NCBI RefSeq assembly: GCF_000281045.1
Contig: NW_008246138.1
Location: 98,734 to 162,733, forward strand
DNA: 64,000 nt
Direction of reading: 5' to 3'
Origin: Saprolegnia diclina VS20
Taxonomy: Eukaryota
Shown: positions 11,992-24,679 of the stretch, piece after piece
Layout: every line of letters starts with the position of its first letter
How positions within the stretch are numbered: position 1 is the stretch's first letter
Program-made: the position numbers and the translations under genes
The notes under the pieces: model-generated
What the model was told of the DNA's origin: nothing
Seen by the model: only the letters and a program-made list of their open reading frames with translations
Database searches by the model: none

Positions 11992-12240
11992 GATTCGACT
12001 GACGCGTATCTCCGGATACGATCCGGACTCGGTTGAGGACAAGTTCAATTGTCCGGATAGCATAACCTGGTTGGGCGAAGAGCGCAGAGGCAGCGTCGCA
12101 CTGCCGGAGCATGACCTCCAGACTCGATCTTCCTTGCGCTTTTCAGTTTGCTCATGGCTGGATGGCTTGACAGACCTGTTCTTCGTCTGGTCGAGGCGGC
12201 TCTGGTCGTGGGGCTACTGCAGCGTATCCGGATGGTGAAC

Positions 12241-12252
12241 GATTGGCCAAAA
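12241..12252. promoter_or_regulatory. CCAAT-box motif (GATTGGCCAAAA), representative of several upstream copies
   Basis: The same or reverse motif occurs near 5617, 12241, 24130, 34710, 34741, 35072, 48838 and 60266, all intergenic and close to start codons. Confidence 0.7.
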
Positions 12253-12271
12253 GTATGATCCATTTTGCATC

Positions 12272-13458
12272 ATGATGCTTCGAGGACTTCAGCGGCGCTC
12301 CATCTCGTCCGAGGCCATGGGCCTGCGCGACAGCGTGCGGTAATGGAGACTCCAATGCAGGACAACGGGCTCTATGTGCGTACGCTAGCAACTTCGACTA
12401 TGACAACTTCCTCTGCGCGCTCCTGCTGCCGTCCAAGGCGCAAGACGCGTACTTTGCCCTCGTGCGACGCCGTCTCGCCGCGTCGCCGCAGGTGGCTCAT
12501 AGCATCCTCGTAGCGCGCGTTCAACATTGAGATCGCCAAGATCAAGGACTCGGTGCGCACTAACCCGGGCGCGGGCCGCATGCGCATCCATTGGTGGCGC
12601 CAGCGCATCCACGACATCTACACGAGCCCCAAGCCCGTGAAGGACCACTTCCTCCTTGCCGAGCTGCAGTCGGCCATCCAGCGCCACAACCTCACGCAGC
12701 GCTGGTTCGATCGCATCCTCGAAGCGCGTGTACGTGCCGCGTCTTGCACAGCGCTTGCCCACCATTGCGATGTAGGAACTCGACCTTGAGATGGACCAGC
12801 CCGAGACGCTCTTGCAGCTCGAGCACTACGCCGAAAAGACGGCGTCGTCGCTGCTCTACTTGGCGCTCGAGTGCGTTGACGTCCGCGATGACACGGCCGA
12901 CGTGGCTGCGCAGTACGCTTGCCGTCGTCCTCGTCGTCCTTTCTCATGACGTCGCTGCTAGGCATGCCGGCATGGCCGTGGGCATGACCACGCTGCTTCG
13001 CGGTACCGTGTTCCACGCCAAGCACAACCACGTGTACCTCCCGAAAGCCGTCTTGGAAAAGGTGGGTTGCAGAGGCACATGAGGCGCTGACGTCGGTACT
13101 AGCACGGGCTGGAAGCGTACGACGTGTTACAAGGCCTCGGCGACGACCCCGCGCTCGGCGCCAAGTGCGCGCCGGCGGCCTTTGACGTGGCCTGTACGGC
13201 GCTCAACCATCTGCGCTCGGCGCGCGACCTCAAGGGGTCGCTGCCCAAGGCGGCTGTCCCCGTCTTTTACGCGACGGTGCGAGTCTGATGGGCTTGTGAT
13301 CGTGTCGGCAACGTCCTCTGGAATAGGTGCCGACGCAGCTGTTCTTGGACAAGCTCGAGGCGACCAACTTCAACCTCTTTGACGAGACACTGCACGAGAG
13401 CCGGCCGCAGAAGCTTCAGCTCCAGCTGCTCAAGCACTCGGTGTTCCGGTACTTTTAG
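12272..13458 (+). CDS. NDUFAF6: NADH dehydrogenase complex I assembly factor 6 (squalene/phytoene synthase fold), multi-exon
   Basis: Spliced peptides DYDNFLCALLLP, RAFNIEIAKIKDSV, MRIHWWR, LEHYAEKTASSLLYLALE, TTLLRG; the N-terminus resembles a mitochondrial presequence. Confidence 0.8.
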
Positions 13459-13498
13459 ATCTCGGATTACAATAATAGGAACAAAGGAGGATGTGTGC

Positions 13499-14368
13499 TT
13501 ATTGCTTGCGGGGCTTCTTGGCCGCGGTCTCGGGCGACGCCTTGTTGTTGTTGTTGCTGTTGGTGGTGGTGGAGCGGCCATCGCCCTTGGGTGCCGACGG
13601 CGGTGCGCTCGCGTAGTTCTTCTTCTCGAGCGCAGCGAGCTGGCCCTGCAGCTGCTCCCGCTTGAGCTTGACGCGGTTCTCAAACTCAAAGCCACTTTTA
13701 AAGTAGTCGAGGCGTGACGGCGCAGCGATGTGGAGGAGCTCTTCTTCGATCGCCGAGGCCTAGAGACGAGGCGTGAGTGGTTGCATACGGGGTGTAGGTA
13801 TGGGCTACCGCTTGCAACAGCTCTTCGTACGTCTTGCAAGTACTTGTATACGCGTCTTGGATCTTGGATCGCACGGCTTGACGCTCCTCGATCGTCAGAT
13901 ACGTGCGCCAGTCCTGCGGTGGCGGGCCCGACGACGATGTTAGTTGCGATCGCGAGGGCGCGGCGGCGCTAGGTTGCGGGTTGACGGGCGCCGTGCTCAT
14001 GCGAAATCTGGAGACACAGATTAAGCCCGGAATTGGCGCGGGCACAGTGCTTACGAGATGGGCGGCTGGCGGTTGTATGCAGCGGAGGCCGTGACGGCGC
14101 GCGTCATTGGCGGTGGTCCTACGACCGACGGCGCATGGCTGTGGTTGCTGTAGCCGACGTGGGGTCCAGGGTACGCGTGGGGCATGGACGCATGGCCGTG
14201 GGACGGCGGCGGCTCGTGGCGATGGCCGTGGCGTGGCGACCGGTCGCCCGTCGCTAGCTGGCTGAGCGACGCGGCAGCGTTCATGCTCATGTGACTCGAT
14301 GGCATCGACGGCGGAACGTTCCCGCCCGAGAGCGTCCGCTTTAAGGAAGGAATTGTTACGTGGCTCAT
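13499..14368 (-). CDS. KIX-like domain protein (Med15-type KIX resemblance), multi-exon
   Basis: His/Pro-rich N-terminus, then DWRTYLTIEERQAVRSKI...IEEELLHIAAPSRLDYF, then a basic C-terminus KKPRKQ*. Confidence 0.5.
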
Positions 14369-14826
14369 GCCGCCGTCGAGTCTCTTCCTCGACTGCTCCG
14401 CCCGAATGAGCGGTCTGCGAGCTCCACATACAAAACCCAAGTCGATCTTTCGCCGGATAAACTGTGGTATCCGAAAACTCGCGTTCGCAGAAAGTTCCGG
14501 TTTGGCGCGCGCCGCGTCAACGCAAGTAATTTCGGCAAGTGCCACGTTTAAAGCCGGAACTTGGAGTGGGAGCTGCAGGCAAGCTCGCAAATACGTGGTC
14601 GCTGCTGAAAGCTACGGTGCAGCACAGCTTGCTAACAATGCTCGGGCCTGAGTCCTGTACTTGGTTTGAAACAATTGCTTCTTCATACATTCCTTCGCGA
14701 TTTTCTCCTGTTTGGTCTGCTTCAGGCTCTCAACCACATACCGCTCTGGTAGATTTGACTGATGGCAAAGTACGCCAGCGATGCTATGCTCATTCAAAAG
14801 ACTCTGATATTTGATGAATCTGCGTA

Positions 14827-15483
14827 CTACGAGTTGTACAAGCACACATCAAGCGGGTTGCTAAAGGCTATGGTAAACGCGTGCTCCATCTGGCGCTCCA
14901 ATGCAAGAACGCGAGCGCTCTCGTGTTCGGGTTGCCACGTTCGTTGCCCGAGTGCACCGACGCTAAGTTCGTAGAGGAGAGGACTTGGCTCTGGCGTCAT
15001 GACTCGCGAAGCGCGTCGGTCCTTCTTACTCCGGTTGGACTTGGCCCCTTTGGTGGTTGCACGACGCACGGCCTGCTTGCGGGCAAAGTGCTCGGCCCAC
15101 TCGTCGTTGAGTACAAACCCGTATTCATACTCGCTGTCCGAGTCGTCACCCTGCTCGCTTTGGGCAAGCATTGCTGGCTCGAGCGGTTGGCTGTAGTAGT
15201 TGGCAGAGGGCGTAGCTGTATACTGGTGCGATGGTGGAGTACGATGGTGCTGCAGGCGCGAGGGAGCATGACGCTGCTGCGGTGGACGATGCCTGTGGCG
15301 CGCGTCAAGCATCGGGTCGTAGAGCCGGGGCGCGGCAGGCGGCATGTGCATCGAATGGACGCGGAAGGCTGGTGTGAGCCATGTAGTCGACTGCGCCGGT
15401 ATGGTTGGCCATGCTTCGCAGAACGGGAACGGCGGCGGGATCCCGAGGATCGCGCTGGTCTTGTTGTCTAGCGGCCCATTCAT
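14827..15483 (-). CDS. Hypothetical protein
   Basis: ORF of about 218 aa, divergent from the BCP1-like gene; no recognised motif. Confidence 0.4.
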   Translation of the reverse strand: MNGPLDNKTSAILGIPPPFPFCEAWPTIPAQSTTWLTPAFRVHSMHMPPAAPRLYDPMLDARHRHRPPQQRHAPSRLQHHRTPPSHQYTATPSANYYSQPLEPAMLAQSEQGDDSDSEYEYGFVLNDEWAEHFARKQAVRRATTKGAKSNRSKKDRRASRVMTPEPSPLLYELSVGALGQRTWQPEHESARVLALERQMEHAFTIAFSNPLDVCLYNS

Positions 15484-15636
15484 CGTGGATCGTAACAAAT
15501 GTCAGGCCTGTTATAACAGCATGATTATCCGTTGGTCATCCGGATGTCCTCTGCCACGACGATATCAAGTGTGAGAGGTCGTGCCAGGAGTTCGCCACCA
15601 ATTATCACTCCATTTCAAGCAGCAAGCAGCAGCAAC

Positions 15637-16470
15637 ATGAGCAAGCGCCAGCTCGACGCGGACGTGAACGATAGCATGGGCGAGTCCTCGGACGACGAGA
15701 ACCTGACGCTGGGCGCCAACGGCGACGCCAACGAGGTCGTCGAGGTCGACTTTGTCTTTACGGACCCGTGCGAGGCCAACTTCCACTCGGTGAAGCAGCA
15801 CTTGATCCAGTTCCTGCCCGCGTCCAAGCTCGATGCATCCAACTTGGCCAACATCATTGTCGGCCAAGTCACCGTGGGCACGATTGTCTGCAACGAAGGC
15901 GAGACCGACGCCTTTGGCCTCATCACGGCCCTGAGCTTGAAGCGGTACGAGGCCGAGCCGTCGATCCAGCAGCTCATGTCGCTCGTGATCTCCAAGTGCC
16001 CGGACGCAAGCAAGCCGCGCCTCGACCAGATTCTCTCGACCAACAACGTCGGTCTTGTCGTCTCGCGGCGTATGATCAACCTTCCGTACCAGCTCGTGCC
16101 CCACATGCACGACGCGCTGCAAAAGGACATTGACTGGGCGATCGAGAACGAGGCAACGCCGGAGCTCAAGAACTCGTACAAGTTTGACTACTTCCTCATG
16201 CTCGCGGGCGTCCAGGTCGAGAAGGCGGCAAAGAAGGCGCCTGCGGGCAAGAAGGCCAAGGCGGCGGCGTACACGGACCCTGCGATCAAGACGTACGACA
16301 ACTTTGAAGACGAGTTCCTGGAGCAGGAGGCCGACGTGGCGTTTTCGTTTCCCGTCGAGAACGTGCTCAAGGAGGGCGCGGGTATCCAAACCGAGGTCTC
16401 GGTCTTCCTCATCAAGCGCCAGAAGCACAACGCGTCGCTGGCCAGCATTTCCGAGATGCTTAATGTTTAA
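15637..16470 (+). CDS. BCCIP: BCP1/BCCIP family protein
   Basis: VDFVFTDP...FHSVKQHL, VGLVVSRRMINLPYQLVP, YKFDYFLML, NFEDEFL motifs; acidic N-terminus. Confidence 0.85.
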   Translation: MSKRQLDADVNDSMGESSDDENLTLGANGDANEVVEVDFVFTDPCEANFHSVKQHLIQFLPASKLDASNLANIIVGQVTVGTIVCNEGETDAFGLITALSLKRYEAEPSIQQLMSLVISKCPDASKPRLDQILSTNNVGLVVSRRMINLPYQLVPHMHDALQKDIDWAIENEATPELKNSYKFDYFLMLAGVQVEKAAKKAPAGKKAKAAAYTDPAIKTYDNFEDEFLEQEADVAFSFPVENVLKEGAGIQTEVSVFLIKRQKHNASLASISEMLNV

Positions 16471-16500
16471 CTGTACTCTCGACCACGAGAAACCCTCTGT

Positions 16501-17901
16501 CTAGTCGTCCAGTGCCCGCGCCATCCACGCTGTGGCGACACCCAGCGAATTTTTTAAAGCCCGCAGCTCCTTCTCCTCCTCGGGCCGCAAAAACCGACCG
16601 CTGAGCGGCGCCGGTGGTGGGCGGTTGTTATCTTCGCGGCAAACACTAGGAGCATCATCAGTGCTAGTAGTGTTCTACGGCCATAGGAATCGAACCCTTG
16701 GTCCCATTTGGATGCATGGGTCCGCTGCGGTGACAGTGGCGCTTTGGGCCAAGGCGTCGTCAGCGGTTCTCGCTTCAGTGGTGTTGGGACCTGCGTCAAT
16801 TTGCGCACGCGAGCGAGCATGTCGGGCGAGCACGCCGCGAGCTTGGCTTCCACCCGCTTGTGCAGCATCGTGGGTACCAGTGGCGGCAAGGTGCGGAGAC
16901 CGTGCGGAAGATCGCGGACGCTTGGCCCGGGCTTGCTGTTTGGTAATAATTAGAGACGACCAATCCGAAACAAATCGTACGCGGCGAACTTTGGGAAGCG
17001 CACATGAGGCAATTGGCGTGGAGGGAGCTTGGGAAGCTGCAGCGGTCGCACCGCCTGCTCGACTTGATGCTGGAGCTCACTGGTTAACGTAGCCAGGCGC
17101 TCGTTGGCCTAAGTGCGTGTGAGGAATGCCTTGAAGCGATATAAAGCGATACTTGGTGCTGCTCGGCAGCGATCGTTGCTGCCAACGTGCGTCGAAGCTG
17201 CTCCAGCTGATGCTGAAAATCACTCTCAAAACGGTTCAGTGCCTCCTTGGCGCTCTACCGTCGACGACATCCTGAGAAACAAATAATAGGGAAGGAAAGC
17301 ATACCGCCTGATGCTCATAGATACTATGGTGCAATGCCTTGCTCTCGATCGACTGGCAGCGCACGAGCTCTTTGAGCGCCATAGCAAGATGGTCCGCCGA
17401 CGGGCGTGGCAAGGTCGCTGCAAAGCTCTCGAGCTGCGTCTTGTGCGCGTCGATGGACACGTCGGCGCGACCGCCTTGGGGCGAGCAGAGTCGGTGGACC
17501 TTGAAAATTGCTTCCGAGAGCTGTTTTGCGCGCCTTTCTACCAATGCTTCCATGACATCGCGAATGGCGTCGTTGTTTATACCTGCGTTGGCGTCGACTT
17601 CGTGCTCTATTTGGTTCCCGAAGAGCTGCTTGAAGTCGTCCGCCGAGTCGTCTTCCGACGTTGTCGTCTCATTCGACGGTCGCACGAGCTTGGTAGAGAC
17701 TACGATTGGCTCGGACTTGCGGCGGGCATCATCCTTTCGCGGTGGAGGCAATGGGAGGTCGATCGCCGATCGCCGACGTTGGGGCTCGAGTTGCGGTCGA
17801 CTAAGAAAGATTTCTCGAACGCGGCGAAGCTTTTGACGAGGGTACTCGGCGCCCTTGGCCCCAAAGAGGATGTCTTCGCTGTCCGAGTCGTCGTCGCTCA
17901 T
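16501..17901 (-). CDS. Hypothetical coiled-coil protein, multi-exon
   Basis: First exon in ORF 17236-17901 splices to a coiled-coil continuation (SAKEALNRFESDFQHQLEQLRR); the 3' end is approximate. Confidence 0.45.
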
Positions 17902-18372
17902 GGCGCCTCTTCAAGATCTCGACAATTGAAGTTGGGATTTTCTCGTTTTGCACGTGTGAAATTGAAAACCCACTGGCAGTGAAAAATACACACCCACGAA
18001 ATAGTATTTCACGAGAGAAGTTTCCTTCGAAACACTGGATCTCCCTGGCACAAGCGGATTGAAGTGTCTCTAACGTATGCGCCACCAGCGCGGCTACATA
18101 GTTGCTAGTGCAATGAGCGCTCTAGGCATGACGAGCTGCGCACGCGGCGAAGTGCTCCTCCGTCATGTACACCACCACGCACTTCATATCATACACTAAA
18201 TCGCGGGCGTTAAATTCAGTCGAAGAAACGCGCGTGATTGGTCCGTTGCGATCTCACCGCTTCAAGATCGTATCCGGATGGGCCCCGAACGTATAGAAAG
18301 TCCAAGCGTTGCGAGCGCATATCCGAACAAGGGTCGATCCCACGTGTCATTTCTTAGCCGACCACAGCCGCC

Positions 18373-19224
18373 ATGGCCAAGCCCAGTCGTCGCCAGAGTC
18401 GGCGCAAGGCCTCAGCCGTCGAGAACGCCAAGCAGAGATCGGAGCCGACCAAGGTCTTGCCCCCCGCCGATGATGCTGCGCACTACATGTACCTCTACGC
18501 CGCGATGGTCGTGGTCGCGGCGACATGCGCCCGCATCGACATCGTCGCGCTTGCCGTGCCGTCGCGGTACGTGGCCTCCTGGTGGCGCTTCCTCTTTGTC
18601 ATTATCGTGTGCATCAACGTCCGGAACCACGCGGCCCTCGCACGCCGCTCGTGGCTGCTGCGATGGGCTGCCTACGTCGTTTGCAACTTTGCCGGTATGA
18701 CGGTCACCCAAACGATCCGCGGCGAGACGTTGGGCTACCTGCACAGCCTCACGCCATGGCAAGACGTCACATCTGCCGGCCTCCTCGTCGAGGCGCTGGT
18801 CGCATGGAAGCCAGCGGCGCAAGCGACGAGTCTCATGGCGCTCCGCGGTCTCTGCGGCTTCCCCGTCGCCGTCTGGAAGTGCTGGAGCGTGAGCCAACAC
18901 ATCCACTACGCGTACACTGCGTCCGTGTCCTGGGCCAAAGTAGTTCCAATGGTCACGTCCGACATGTATGCGAGTGGCATCGCCCTCGCGTGTATTGCGC
19001 ACGTCGTGAGCACGCGCTCGCTCCTGCCGACGCACCTGGCGCAGCTCCAGTGGCCACTCGAGATCGCAGCCACCGTCGCCACGAGCATCCTGATCGTGCA
19101 CATTTGGCACAGCGACGAGGCTCTGCTGCGTCCTCTCGGGTACACCGCCATGCTGCTCTTCAACATGCACAAGTTTTGCGGTGCGTCGCTGACGTACTTT
19201 AGTCGTGCGCGCAAAGTCGTTTAA
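18373..19224 (+). CDS. Multi-pass membrane protein, weak TRIC/TMEM38-like resemblance
   Basis: 283 aa with about 7 hydrophobic segments; SWLLRWAAYVVCNFAGMTVTQTIRGE resembles a TRIC-type helix-Gly motif. Confidence 0.55.
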   Translation: MAKPSRRQSRRKASAVENAKQRSEPTKVLPPADDAAHYMYLYAAMVVVAATCARIDIVALAVPSRYVASWWRFLFVIIVCINVRNHAALARRSWLLRWAAYVVCNFAGMTVTQTIRGETLGYLHSLTPWQDVTSAGLLVEALVAWKPAAQATSLMALRGLCGFPVAVWKCWSVSQHIHYAYTASVSWAKVVPMVTSDMYASGIALACIAHVVSTRSLLPTHLAQLQWPLEIAATVATSILIVHIWHSDEALLRPLGYTAMLLFNMHKFCGASLTYFSRARKVV

Positions 19225-19252
19225 TCTTGATACGAACGTATTAGATATCTTT

Positions 19253-21546
19253 CTACTTTCTCTTCTTACCAGCGCGAACTTTCGGGACTTTCTTGGGCGC
19301 CTCGACGCGCTCCAAACACCCAATCTGGAACGTACTGCCTACAGTTCGCATGTAGTCGTTTAGTCGGTCATCCATCCCGTTGGCATCGGTATAAGTAGGT
19401 TTGCCTGGAATAAGGTACTTGAGGTCGTCGCGGGCGTGAACATGTCCCGCGTCATGGAGGAACCTGAGCACGATATTGCACTAGACCACAAGGCGACAGG
19501 GATTACCGTGTTTGGTGTCGCCGCGCCATGTCATAGTTGCGCTGGACGACCGCCGTGCGCGGGTGGTACGGCTCGAGGCAGCTCTCAAAGACGCGGAGGA
19601 CGGCGCGGAAGTGCACGGCAGCATGCCCAATATTGCCGAGGGCGTAAAAGCAACACGCCAAGTTGTTGAGCGACGTCGCTGTATCGACATGCGTCTCGGT
19701 CAGCGTCTACCACGACGCTCACGCCATACAAATGAAGCTAATGGTGTCACCTCTTCGCGCAATGTGACGGCGCGATCAAAGCATTTCAACGCGACAAGCG
19801 TCGCGCCGCCGTAGTAGCACGTCGACCCGAGGCAGCTCCAGACGACAGCGCGGCCGGGGTGCGATGGCGGGAGGCTGTCCACGACGCCGAGTGCCTCCTA
19901 ATACCGTTGTGGATACTCGTGCTCATTCATGTACTAGTGTATACCATGTACTGCTGTAGCGCTTCGACGTCGCGGCGCTCAGAATCAAACAGCGCGCCTT
20001 TGGACAAGGCAAAGTAGAGCTGGGCCTCGGAATCCATCACGTTAAAGCGGCTCGCAGCGGTGAGTTCATTTTCGGCGTCGTGGAGCATCGACCACGCCAT
20101 CTACATATGTGGCGTCGGGGGAAGTTGATATTTTGATATGAAAGTACGTGGAGCTGGCCGCTGTTTTGGTACTCGAGCGCACACTCGACCTTGCGCCGCA
20201 CAGTCGTGTCAAAATTGGGCACGGCAAGCACATCGTGGATGACGACAACGTCCAGAGCGTACGTGGGTCGGTCTTTCCCGCGCAAGACGTTGTCCTCTTC
20301 GATTCGAACCTGCGGGTGTCACCGCATCGGGTCTGCTGACCTGTGCATCTACCTGCGCCACTTGAGCGTCCAGGACCTCGAGAGTGCGCTGGGAGAGGGT
20401 CGCGATGGACTTTTGAATGTCTTGAACGAGCGTCTCGAGCCGCCCGAGCTTGGCTACGACTAACAAATCGAATCCAATGCGAAGGATAAGGTCTCAGTGT
20501 ACGGGACGATGGCCGCTGCGACTGGAGCGAAGGGATCACGGCCACGTGCGGGTCAAACTGCATGTGGTCGAGCAGGATTTTGAGGCTGTGCTCGAGTCTT
20601 GCGACTTGAATGTGCCGGCGAATGTGCCCATGCTCTTCGCGGAGCAGCTTGAGATGCACAATATGACTCACACGGCACAAGAGCTCTAAAAACTGCGGGT
20701 ACGACATCGCGTTGGGCGTCGCAACGACCGTCGACGGTACTACGTTCACCTCGACAAACCGGTGCCAGAGCGCACTCGACTGTTTGGCCAGCTATAGAAA
20801 AGCGACCGTGGCAAGCAACCAGAGGTACGAGGGCTACCTCGTGCACGTCCTCTGTCGACGCATACTCGGGGTGAACGAAATAGCCACCAAAGAAGTCCAC
20901 GACACCCTCGAGCGAGATGGTCTCGACACTGGCGTCGGCTGTCGGCGACACGCGCCGATACATGTGGTAGGCCTATTCGCGGCATCCTTTGCACATTACG
21001 ACAAGCGAGTTCATAGTAATACGTTGGCGATGGTGTGGTTGTAGAGGCGCAGCATCTCGACGGCGCCGGGCGACAGCATTTGCAGCCGAAGATCGTCATA
21101 GCCCGAGACAGTGTTGGACAAGAGTGCACTGGGCTGAAACGACGTGACGGCGGCAACGTCGCGCCAACTTTGCATGTCGGTGAGAAGTCGCGCGAGGCTT
21201 CGCGGCATCGTCACGTAGCGAATCTTGGCGATCTTGGTGAGCGCGGTCGCATACTCCCGCAGTGACATGATGTCGGTCCGTGCCTTGCCTAGTCATAACC
21301 TCGTCGTCGTACATTGTTCTTTCGAGCGCGCAGCACCTTTGACGAGGTCAAAGACAGCTGTGGCGTCCACCAAAGTGAATGTTGCATGCTGTAAAAAGTA
21401 CAGCGGGAGCAGAAAGTGCGTGATGCTACCGAGTGCCATGAGATGGACGACGTGTCAGTAGGCGACGCGTACGTGAGGCCGTCGCTGCTGCCGCGCAACG
21501 CGTCGTAGAACACACGGACGTGCGCAGCCTCGTTGTCTGTGTCCAT
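19253..21546 (-). CDS. Hypothetical multi-exon protein (helical/TPR-like C-terminal part)
   Basis: Chain of short ORFs with coding-like codon use and GT-AG introns (e.g. MSLREYATALTKIAKIRY, MSYPQFLELLCR, VVWSCLGSTCYYGG..VALKCFDRAVTLRE); exon limits approximate. Confidence 0.5.
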
Positions 21547-21693
21547 TGATGCTGCGCCGCTGTGTCCACACTATCTTGGGAAGGGGCGTTTCGGTCAAGC
21601 CTCGTCTAGGCGCCGAGCCAATCACCACCGCAATCAATGAGACAGCAACGTTCTCCAGTCCACACATGTCGATGAGTCATATCATTTCGTAGC

Positions 21694-22920
21694 TTAGTTG
21701 CGCCACGAGATCCCGTTGAGGTCCTCGACGACGTACTTGAACTCGCGGAGATTCGGGATGGAAAAGTCGCAATCGTAGTGCGAGTCGCGCGTCTTGGTCG
21801 CGAGAAAGCACGTGTACGACCCTGCCGCTCTACGCTCTTCATTAGCTTTGACGTGTAGTATGCTTCGTACTTGGCCGAGGCAATCGCCTTCTCGGCGCTC
21901 GTGAGCACCTGACGCGACACATGAGTCCGAGTTTGCAACGGCAAAGTCGACGACGTACGACGATGTCCTTGGGCTCTAGATCCAGTTCCTTGCAGAGCGT
22001 TTGAATGCCATCGGGACGGGGCATGGCGACGGCCGCCTCAAACCCCATGACAGCATCGAGCTCAAACTAGACGTTCTTGAGTTTCATCTTGTTGTTGTGC
22101 ACCGGGGTACCTCGTCGATGAATTGTTGGAACTCATCCTAACCAATGGGCTTAGCTTCCAAAGGCGAGGGCAAAAGAGCTCGAACCTGACGGTGCTCGGC
22201 CAGCGGCGGGATCACGCAGAGCGCGAGACCACGCAGATTGACATACGACTAGACAATGCGTGAGCGCAAAATTCAAAACGCGCGGCGTACGAGAAAGGCG
22301 TTGGCGCCTTCGTTGACCTTGCGCGTGGGCAAGACCGAGGCAGGAGACGCTTCTGCAATGTCCTCTGCGACCGGCGCCACGGTATTTTCTTGCTTGATCG
22401 CGTTGAGCTTGGCACGCTGCTTGAGCGCGTTCATCTTTTCGAGGTACTTGGCGCGCGGCCCGTCGGCCGAGTCTTCAGTCGCCAAAACGTCGACAACGGG
22501 CTTGGCCCTGCGCTGCAGTTGCTCCTCAATCGACGTCGTCTCCTCGCCGGCGCCCGGCTTGTCATCGCTGCCCAAGACACGGTCCCGCACTAACAAGCGT
22601 AGACTGTTGAAGTGACAAGTGAAAGGATGTAGCAATGTACTAAAGTGCGGCAAGCCCGCGAGCGTTTGCTGGACGCGGCGGCCATGCTCCGTGTCGGCCT
22701 TGGTCATGTTCTGCAGGAGGCTGCGCATGTTCTGGAACATCGTGGGCTGGTGCAGCGGCGCCGCGCCGTCGCCGAGAGGAGCGTCCGTGGTCGTCGGCGT
22801 CACCTCGGCAGGTGCTGCCACGTGCACTGTCGACGAGCAGAGAACTTCGTAGTCGACGAGGACGCCGCGAAGGCGCTGGTTCGACACTGCGCGCTGCAGA
22901 AACTTCTTCGTCGAGGACAT
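21694..22920 (-). CDS. HAD-like fold protein (degenerate motifs), multi-exon
   Basis: N-terminal LRGVLVDYEVL; spliced C-terminus MPRPDGIQTLCKELDLEPKDIVVLTSAEKAIASAKAAGSYTCFL...DFSIPNLREF...NGISWRN*. Confidence 0.55.
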
Positions 22921-23059
22921 CCGTGAGATTGCACTGTCATGCCATTGGCGCATCACGCTGCATTGCACGCAGGCCATTGGTGGATTGCGCTTGAAATGCA
23001 CGAATATCATCCAATCCAATAGCTTATTGAAGTCGGCGAGCCTCAAGCAGGATCACGAT

Positions 23060-23520
23060 GGTCAACCAAAATGCCTATCGTGGGCAATGCCGCTAACGCC
23101 CGTCAGTAGGAAACGCTCCTTTGTCGTGCTTGCATCGCATCCGTGGCCTCAACTAGCGAGCACGTCTCGATGTCCTAAAGGTCGTACGCATGATAGAGGC
23201 CACCCAAGTCTTGATCCAGTGCTCCTGTGTGGTCGACACTTGTGGCGTTGCGACAAGAGAACCTGGGGCGACCTACAAGAGCAGTCCGTTCTCCAGCGCA
23301 CGCATCAAGTCCGCCATGGCAACGGTGCTGTGCGCATCCGCCTCGAGAAGCGTTACGACGTCCGCGACGTACTTGTCCGCGGCAGCCTCGCGCAGCATGC
23401 GCTGCAGGAGTTTCTCGACGTCGTCCGTGCCGAGTAATCCGCTGTGATGTACATGTACGTCAGCGCTTCGGAAGGCTTTAAAAACTTGAGCACTCTCACT
23501 GAACCAAAAGCGATCCATGG
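23060..23520 (-). pseudogene. Disrupted inverted copy of the EF-hand/C-terminal region of the FUSC-like gene (7830-11245)
   Basis: AFRSAD..., KYVADVV...LMRALENGLLL*, LGGLYHAYDL*DIETCSLVEATDAM and GVSGIA match AFRGAD, QYVADFM...FMQALENGLLLE, LGGVSHAYDILDVETCSLLDATTAM and GVSGIA; two in-frame TAG stops and a frameshift. Confidence 0.75.
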
Positions 23521-24185
23521 GAACCGTGCCAGCGACTCGACAGCCCCGACTCCATGGTGTGGCTGGTTGATGAGGCCAAACGCAGTCATTTTTGCACCAA
23601 ATCCAGCGCTTCGAGCCCCTTGGTGAAATTCGAGGCAGCCACCCGAGTTCAGTGACCCGAGTTTGCTGTTGGCCGATCTACGAGCGATGCTGCTGCGTCA
23701 ACACTCCATCGTGGTTCGCCGTGATATCACCCCATGGATGCACCTGGAGCCGACACTGGAGCGGACTGGCATACGAAACAGCCTTCGCGCGACGTAACTG
23801 AGCGACCACCGACAGTGCTGAGCGGACTTCAACCTCGTACGGTGGTGTCTCTGCTTGCCGCTCTCTTGTTGCTCACGGAGGCGCGTAATGCTAGTGTGCT
23901 ATGGCGACAACCTCTCTGTGCGTAGAGGCCGCTCGCTCTCCGCACGCCACGGCCGCGCCACACGCTTCCTCGCGTGTCTCTCCGTCCATCTCCGCCGCTA
24001 CTTCCTGCGCTTCCTGCATGCGACGATCAAGCGCAGCGCCCAAGGACCGCACAAGGACCATGATGCGACTGCCGCCAAGCTCGTCATCCTGCATTGCGCC
24101 TTGTGATTGGCTAGAACGTACCGGCCGGTGATTGGCCAGACCTGGAATAGGTCATTCGACGACTCGACCGCAGACTGCCTTCGAC

Positions 24186-24498
24186 ATGAGCACCATCCGC
24201 AACCGGTTCAACCAGGAGCAGACGCCGACGACCGAGGTCTCGCTCGGGCCCGCGGTCTACGACGGCGAGCGCTACGGCAAGATGTCGGAGCGCCTCAAGC
24301 GCCGCAAGGTGCTCCTGCAGACCAACGACCGCGTACGGCGCATGTCCTTGCTCGCCACATGGCATCTCACGGCCTCTTTTGTAGAACCCGCGCCTCTTGG
24401 GCTTTGCCATTGGCTTCCTCATCATCTGCGCGACCATGTTCTACATCCAGTACTCGATCGCGTCGCGGAAGAGCGGCAAGCCGGCGCCGACCTCGTAG
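24186..24498 (+). CDS. Small single-pass membrane protein (2 exons)
   Basis: MSTIRNRF...LLQTNDR splices to NPRLLGFAIGFLIICATMFYIQYSIASRKSGKPAPTS*. Confidence 0.6.
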
Positions 24499-24679
24499 TT
24501 GACGCCATTGGCATAGATAATTGTGGTTCATCCACGCAAGATTGCATTGCGTGAAGCTTGTTGATAGGGTTAAACGTCACTTTAGTACGACGAGGACATG
24601 CAGCTTCTAGGACGAACGCGCTCGACCGTCGTGTTCGTGAATACAGCTATGGTACAAGGGCAAGCGAGAACGCGCTAAC

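Noticed and set aside
23891..24094. Short coiled-coil-like minus-strand ORF
   Set aside because: Could be the first exon of a small gene, but no convincing spliced continuation or motif was established.
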